Below are positions 58,930 through 64,000 of a DNA stretch of 64,000 nucleotides, in pieces (the first letter of the stretch is position 1; each line of letters opens with the position of its first letter). Made by a program: the position numbers and the translations under genes. Origin of the DNA: Eledone cirrhosa (Eukaryota); assembly GCA_964016885.1 (NCBI GenBank), contig OZ024742.1, positions 134,974,001 to 135,038,000 on the forward strand, read 5' to 3'. A model generated the notes under the pieces. It was not told where the DNA came from. It saw nothing but the letters and a program-made list of their open reading frames with translations, and did not search any database.

Positions 58930-60690
58930 CGCGTTTGTGCCTTTTCTGTAACTAAGGTACTTCCTGCTATTCACATTTGCGCTTACGTTGTACCGAGTAT
59001 TTTTCAGATAGTTCAGTCTGATCGATGTAAACATGTTTTCTGTTCAAGGCCGACATTTGCCAAATCCCCAATGGATATTGCACGTTCAGGAACTCGCCAA
59101 ATTTCTATAACAACATTTGAGAATTTCCTATTGCATGCTAATTTTTCTATTTCCTTTTTCATGATTTTGGTACCAAATGAACATGCCATATTATTTACCA
59201 GTTATGAATAATCAAAATATCCATGTTTTTTGTATATTCTTCTTCTCTCGCTTTTCAATTTCACTTTTTTCCCATCCTATTCCCAATAACTTGGCATAGC
59301 TCTTCTCTCTGCATGCGAAACCCAATCACCTATAAAATTCCATTTCAACAATTCTAATATGTAAAGCCATTTCATACTCATTCTGATCCATCTAAACAAT
59401 CTCGTACCGTGTTGGATATAATGTCATTGATTTAATTTCAAACATTCTACATTAAGGTGAACAATTCATATTACCTAACATTCGTTTGATCCACCTTTTC
59501 TCTTAGAGTCTTTTTGCGCTGCAAACATCAATCCATCAATCTCTTTATTTAATAATCATTTCCATAAACGTAGTCAAATATAATTGTCGTCCTTCATACC
59601 TTTTCATTTTTATCATCACTGAATGGAAATGATTTCCTTCAAAATGCGGTTTACGGGTTGCAACATCTTCCAATTTGATGCGAGAACTACTCCAACATTC
59701 AATAAACCAATTTCTTGTTCTGTCCTTTTCCTATATAAATCTCCACATCCGTCGAGAGTTGCATAATTCTATGCAACGGGAGATGCATGCACGTCTTCCT
59801 CTCGTAATACTTACTATAATTCCTCATTTCACACTCCAATGTCGAACACTCCATACATTATTTTTGCCAGTTCACTAGAGTTGATTGTTTCTATATTTCT
59901 GCATTCATTTTGTCTATTAAAATATTGAATGATTCCTTGGCTAATCTGCGCAGTTGTTACTCATTCACTCTTGATAGCAAGTTCACTCTCCAATGTCAGA
60001 TTGCAGCTTCTAAAATATAATCTACTCATTTCTGAAGATGCTGAAGATCATTAGATATCATTTGATAGAAGAGCATGGAACTAGGTCATACATGTTGATG
60101 TTTTGTTCTTTTTTTAGATTTTTTTTTTCCATATTCATTTCATGTTATATAGCAATTCGTACTTCTCTGTGATCAGTAATTGTTCTTCTTTCTTATTTGC
60201 ACAGCTTTTCTGTTCATCAGACCTAAAAATGTTCCTCTATACTTGATAGTAGATAATTATTAATATGTTCTCTGTTTGGTGCTTTAAGATTAGTGTTAAT
60301 CAGGTGATAGAACGATATTCTGTAACAAAGTTTTCTTCTCATTTGTCCTACCGTACCATGCAGGGCCATTCTTCTGTTAACCGTAATGGTATATTCTCCC
60401 TCAACAATCATCAAGTTAGCAATATATATGAATTTATAGAGCAATGTTATAATCTTCTGAGCCAAGAACCATGGAAAATGAATATTTCAGCTTCCACCCT
60501 CGGTCAAATGCTGTCCAATAATTTAGTTGGGTATTTAGAACACTGTCCATATCGTAACATAATCAATTTAGTTTCCCTCTATATTTATCCATTGGGCATT
60601 TTCATTCTGCTAGTAAATTTATCCCAAGTTGATCACTAAATAATTTTGCTTAACTATTGGATTTTCTGAACAAAATGTTCTCACTTCATT
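58930..60690 (-). pseudogene. Putative decayed multi-death-domain gene (interrupted by an R4-like fragment ~59400-59600)
   Basis: LRRLAKESFNILIDKMNAEI*KQSTLVNWQK; KRTEQEIGLLNVGVVLASNWKML; MACSFGTKIMKKEIEKLACNRKFSNVVIEIWRVPERAISIGDLANV..LHRSD. Acceptor-like sites at 60691 and 60222; stops and frameshifts. Confidence 0.45.
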
Positions 60691-61127
60691 CTACAAAGTA
60701 AATGTTTCTGATTCAATCGAAAAATATGAAGGAGACAGGTAATTCGAAGGAAACACGTTCTGAATTGTATGTCGTACTTACAGATATGATGACAACAGAT
60801 TAGTCGTGTAGCTAGTGGTGAAGATTCAGCACCATATATATACTTCTATTTAACCATATAATGTTATTTTAAATACTAAATACAAAGACTGTTTTCATTT
60901 GGTTGAATGACTGATTGAACAATGGTATGGCGGGAATGGTTGTAATTTCAGCGGAGAAGTTTGTTAGAACTAATTATCTTCTGGAACATCCTGCAGTTAC
61001 TTCATGATGGGACACTTTGTCACTATGTTTTAATACTAAAAGTGTAAAAATCCTACGCATAATTTTTACACACAGCTCTCTTAACTTGTCTTCATCTTTT
61101 GCCCAAACTACGCTGATGTTTCACTCA

Positions 61128-61316
<189 letters not shown>

Positions 61317-61871
61317 TATGTAGAATCAATGTCCGAAACGTTAACATTTTTGTCTAGCTCTATCATGCATTAAACTAACCTAAAATCATTGATTTGTAGT
61401 TGTTATATATTGAGAAAACCACGTGTCTATAGCGAAATTTACTGCTAGAACACACCCGCTGAAGCTATATAATGCAAGACTTGTTGACAAAGTAAATCCT
61501 TTGTTCTGTCGCCAAAGGCCATTAACTTGCAGACCACTGCAAGCGGAATTAGTCGATCTCGGATTTACAGAAACCTAGCGTGGATGTTGTATGTTATATT
61601 TGATGTATATCGTATGCTATACGATATGCGTTATGTGTTGCATTCGATCTCTGCGCGATGGTCCAGGTCAGTCAACATTTTTCCCTGAGTTAAGCTTTTC
61701 TCTTTGCTATGGCAATGCGGCTGAACTGCCGGTCGCTATATTTGATTTGCAAAGCTGTCTAAACGTATTGTTATAATTCTGGGGTATTATTCTCCATCGA
61801 GTGCTACAGCTCCATTCAGAATCTGCATTCGTTAGCTTAGCCGCAGCCTAAAGCTTCGTTAATGATGTAAT

Positions 61872-61969
<98 letters not shown>

Positions 61970-61986
61970 TATATATATATATATAT

Positions 61987-63443
61987 TACTCTTTTACTCT
62001 TTTGCCTGTTCCAGCCATCCGGCTGAGGCCATGCTGGGGCAGCCCCCTTGTTGCTACAGATTTTATCTCCAGTGTGTATTGGTTGGCCACTGGTGCAAGA
62101 GGGAGTTTGTTGCTGCTGCCCTTAGGTTTCCCTCGTGCCTTGCCGTGGGCTCATCCGGGATCCTGGATAGCAAGGTGTCGAGATGTTTCTTGAAGATATC
62201 CACACCATGCAGATATCTCAGATCCCTCGGCAGCTCTTTGAAGATTTGAGGGCCTTGAACTCCAGGCTATTGCAATATCTGCTCCTTATTCTAGATGTGG
62301 AAGACGGGACCTTTGGCACAAAACAGTGACGTCGTGTTCGACGGTTGGTCCAGCTCCCATTGCCAAAGTTTGGTGCTAGTCCCTCCAGGACTTTCCATAT
62401 GTAGATCACTGCGTATCTCTCCCGTCTTCGTTCCAAGGAGTAGAGGTTCAGTTATTTTAGCCTCACCCAGTAGCTTATCTCCTTCATCGTGGCAATCCTG
62501 TTGGTGTAGCTTCGCTGGATTGCCTCAAGCTCGGTGATTAGTTTGACACTATTGGGTGACCACAACTGGGAACAATAATGCGTAACTGTGTTGTGCTGTA
62601 TTTGTGTTTGAATGATTGTATTGTAGGGCTTGGAATTTGCCAGCAGTAAACTGCTTGTTGTTGTCTTCCGCCCATTTGTATATGTCATCCAGATATGGTT
62701 GTAAAAGGGCAGCGTCAGCCGGGTTTTTGATTGCCTGTGCTACCTTAGTATCATCAACATAGCTAGTGAGGGATGTTGTTGTATGTACTACAGAGGGCAT
62801 GTCTGAGAGAGCCACCAAAAACAGTAGTGGTCCCAGCACTGTGCCTTGGGTACCCTGCTTGTTATTGATGTTTCCTTTGAGAGGGCTGCGTTTGCTGCGA
62901 CTGTCTGGCTTCTGTCCTTTAAGAAGTCGTACAACAACTAACCTACTTTTCCAATTATGCCGAGTCCGTGTAGTTTGTGACATATCATTCCGTGGTCGAC
63001 CTTGTCAAAGGCCTTCACAAAGTCAAGATATATCACTTCAACATGTGAGCTGTCTAGCAGTTGTTTCACTATCCAGTCGTAGTCATGTAGCAGCTGTGTA
63101 AGGCAGCTTCTTCCTGGGCGAAAGCCATGCTGCATGCTGGTCAGGCGGTCATTTTCCTCGGGGAAAGTGATCAGTTTCTTTCTGATGACTCGCTCCATGA
63201 CCTTACTGATATGTGACATCAGGCAGACTGGCCTATAGTTTTTCGCCGCCGCTCTGCTACCTCCTTTATGGATAGGGAATATTGTGCCTGCTTTTAGCTC
63301 CCTGGGTAGTATACCGCTAGCCAGGGAACTTCTCAACATTATCTTCAGTGGAGTTGCTAAGGCCCGCTTACGTGTTTTTAAGAGGACTGCTGGGAATCCA
63401 TCAGGTCCAGCAGCTGCGTCTATTCTAATTTCATCTATGGCGT
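61987..63443 (-). mobile_element. CR1-group LINE, 5'-truncated RT + 3' UTR
   Basis: AAGPDGFPA..PIHKGG..NYRPVCLMSHISKVMER..QHGFRPGRSCLTQL..YLDFVKAFDKVDH..QGTVLGPLLF..YVDDTK..LERRRER; (GAGTAAAA)n tail. Confidence 0.9.
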
Positions 63444-63465
63444 ATATACACATTTATATATATAC

Positions 63466-63522
<57 letters not shown>

Positions 63523-64000
63523 GAGGGAGAGAAAGAGAGAGAGTATTGTGCGTGTCTGCGCAGCTACTTAAGTACATAACCGTGATAACTGCAATATAGA
63601 ACAAAGGAAATATGTGAAATAACAAAAGAGACATTTTGTTTAGAAGGAATGCAGAAGCATGCGCAAAGAACCGATTTTAGCTCTTCAGAACGAGAGAGAA
63701 TATTCGAGAAATATACATGGATATATTTAGAGATTCATATATAGGCAGAGTATATAACCTTGTGGGACAGAGTACGGATCGAGGAACGCATGGAAATTCG
63801 TCTTAAATGTATGTATATATATATATATAGTAATAATAATAAAATTGAAGACTAAAATCCAAAGAGGGCTCGATAAGGAAAATATATATCAAATATATAA
63901 GAACCGTAGAGCAAAAAAAAATATATATATATATATAAAATATTAATATAATAATGAATAAAACAAAGAAACAGTTCCTTATATTAAACAAAAAAAGTTC

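Overview
AT-rich eukaryotic intergenic/intronic DNA, very likely from an octopus or related cephalopod. This is inferred from massive (TA)n/(CA)n/(GA)n tracts and a recurrent tRNA-headed SINE with a GCYTTTCATCCTTACGGGGTCGATAAAAT core. I see no intact host gene, and almost every long ORF in the track is a microsatellite artefact. The window is a transposon graveyard: an internally deleted Helitron, CRE-, R4/Dong-, Tx1/L1-, CR1- and RTE-type LINE fragments, a mariner derivative, about 7 SINE copies, and several Penelope-like (Naiad-type GIY-YIG) fragments with inverted pseudo-LTRs. Main result: the window is saturated with self-cleaving-ribozyme motifs, about 12-15 minimal type I hammerhead or hammerhead-like motifs plus one HDV-like candidate. 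These include a near-identical non-coding 466-468 bp tandem array (14.1-15.6 kb) in which each repeat has a hammerhead with palindromic stem III and each complete repeat has an ATGCAAAT octamer, i.e. a candidate retrozyme/circRNA system with related copies at 3.8 kb and 34.6-35.5 kb. Also notable are a SINE sharing its 3' tail with the Tx1-like LINE, Tx1 copies stacked in (ATT)n tails, and traces of a decayed death-domain gene cluster. All family assignments are by eye from remembered motifs; no searches were run.
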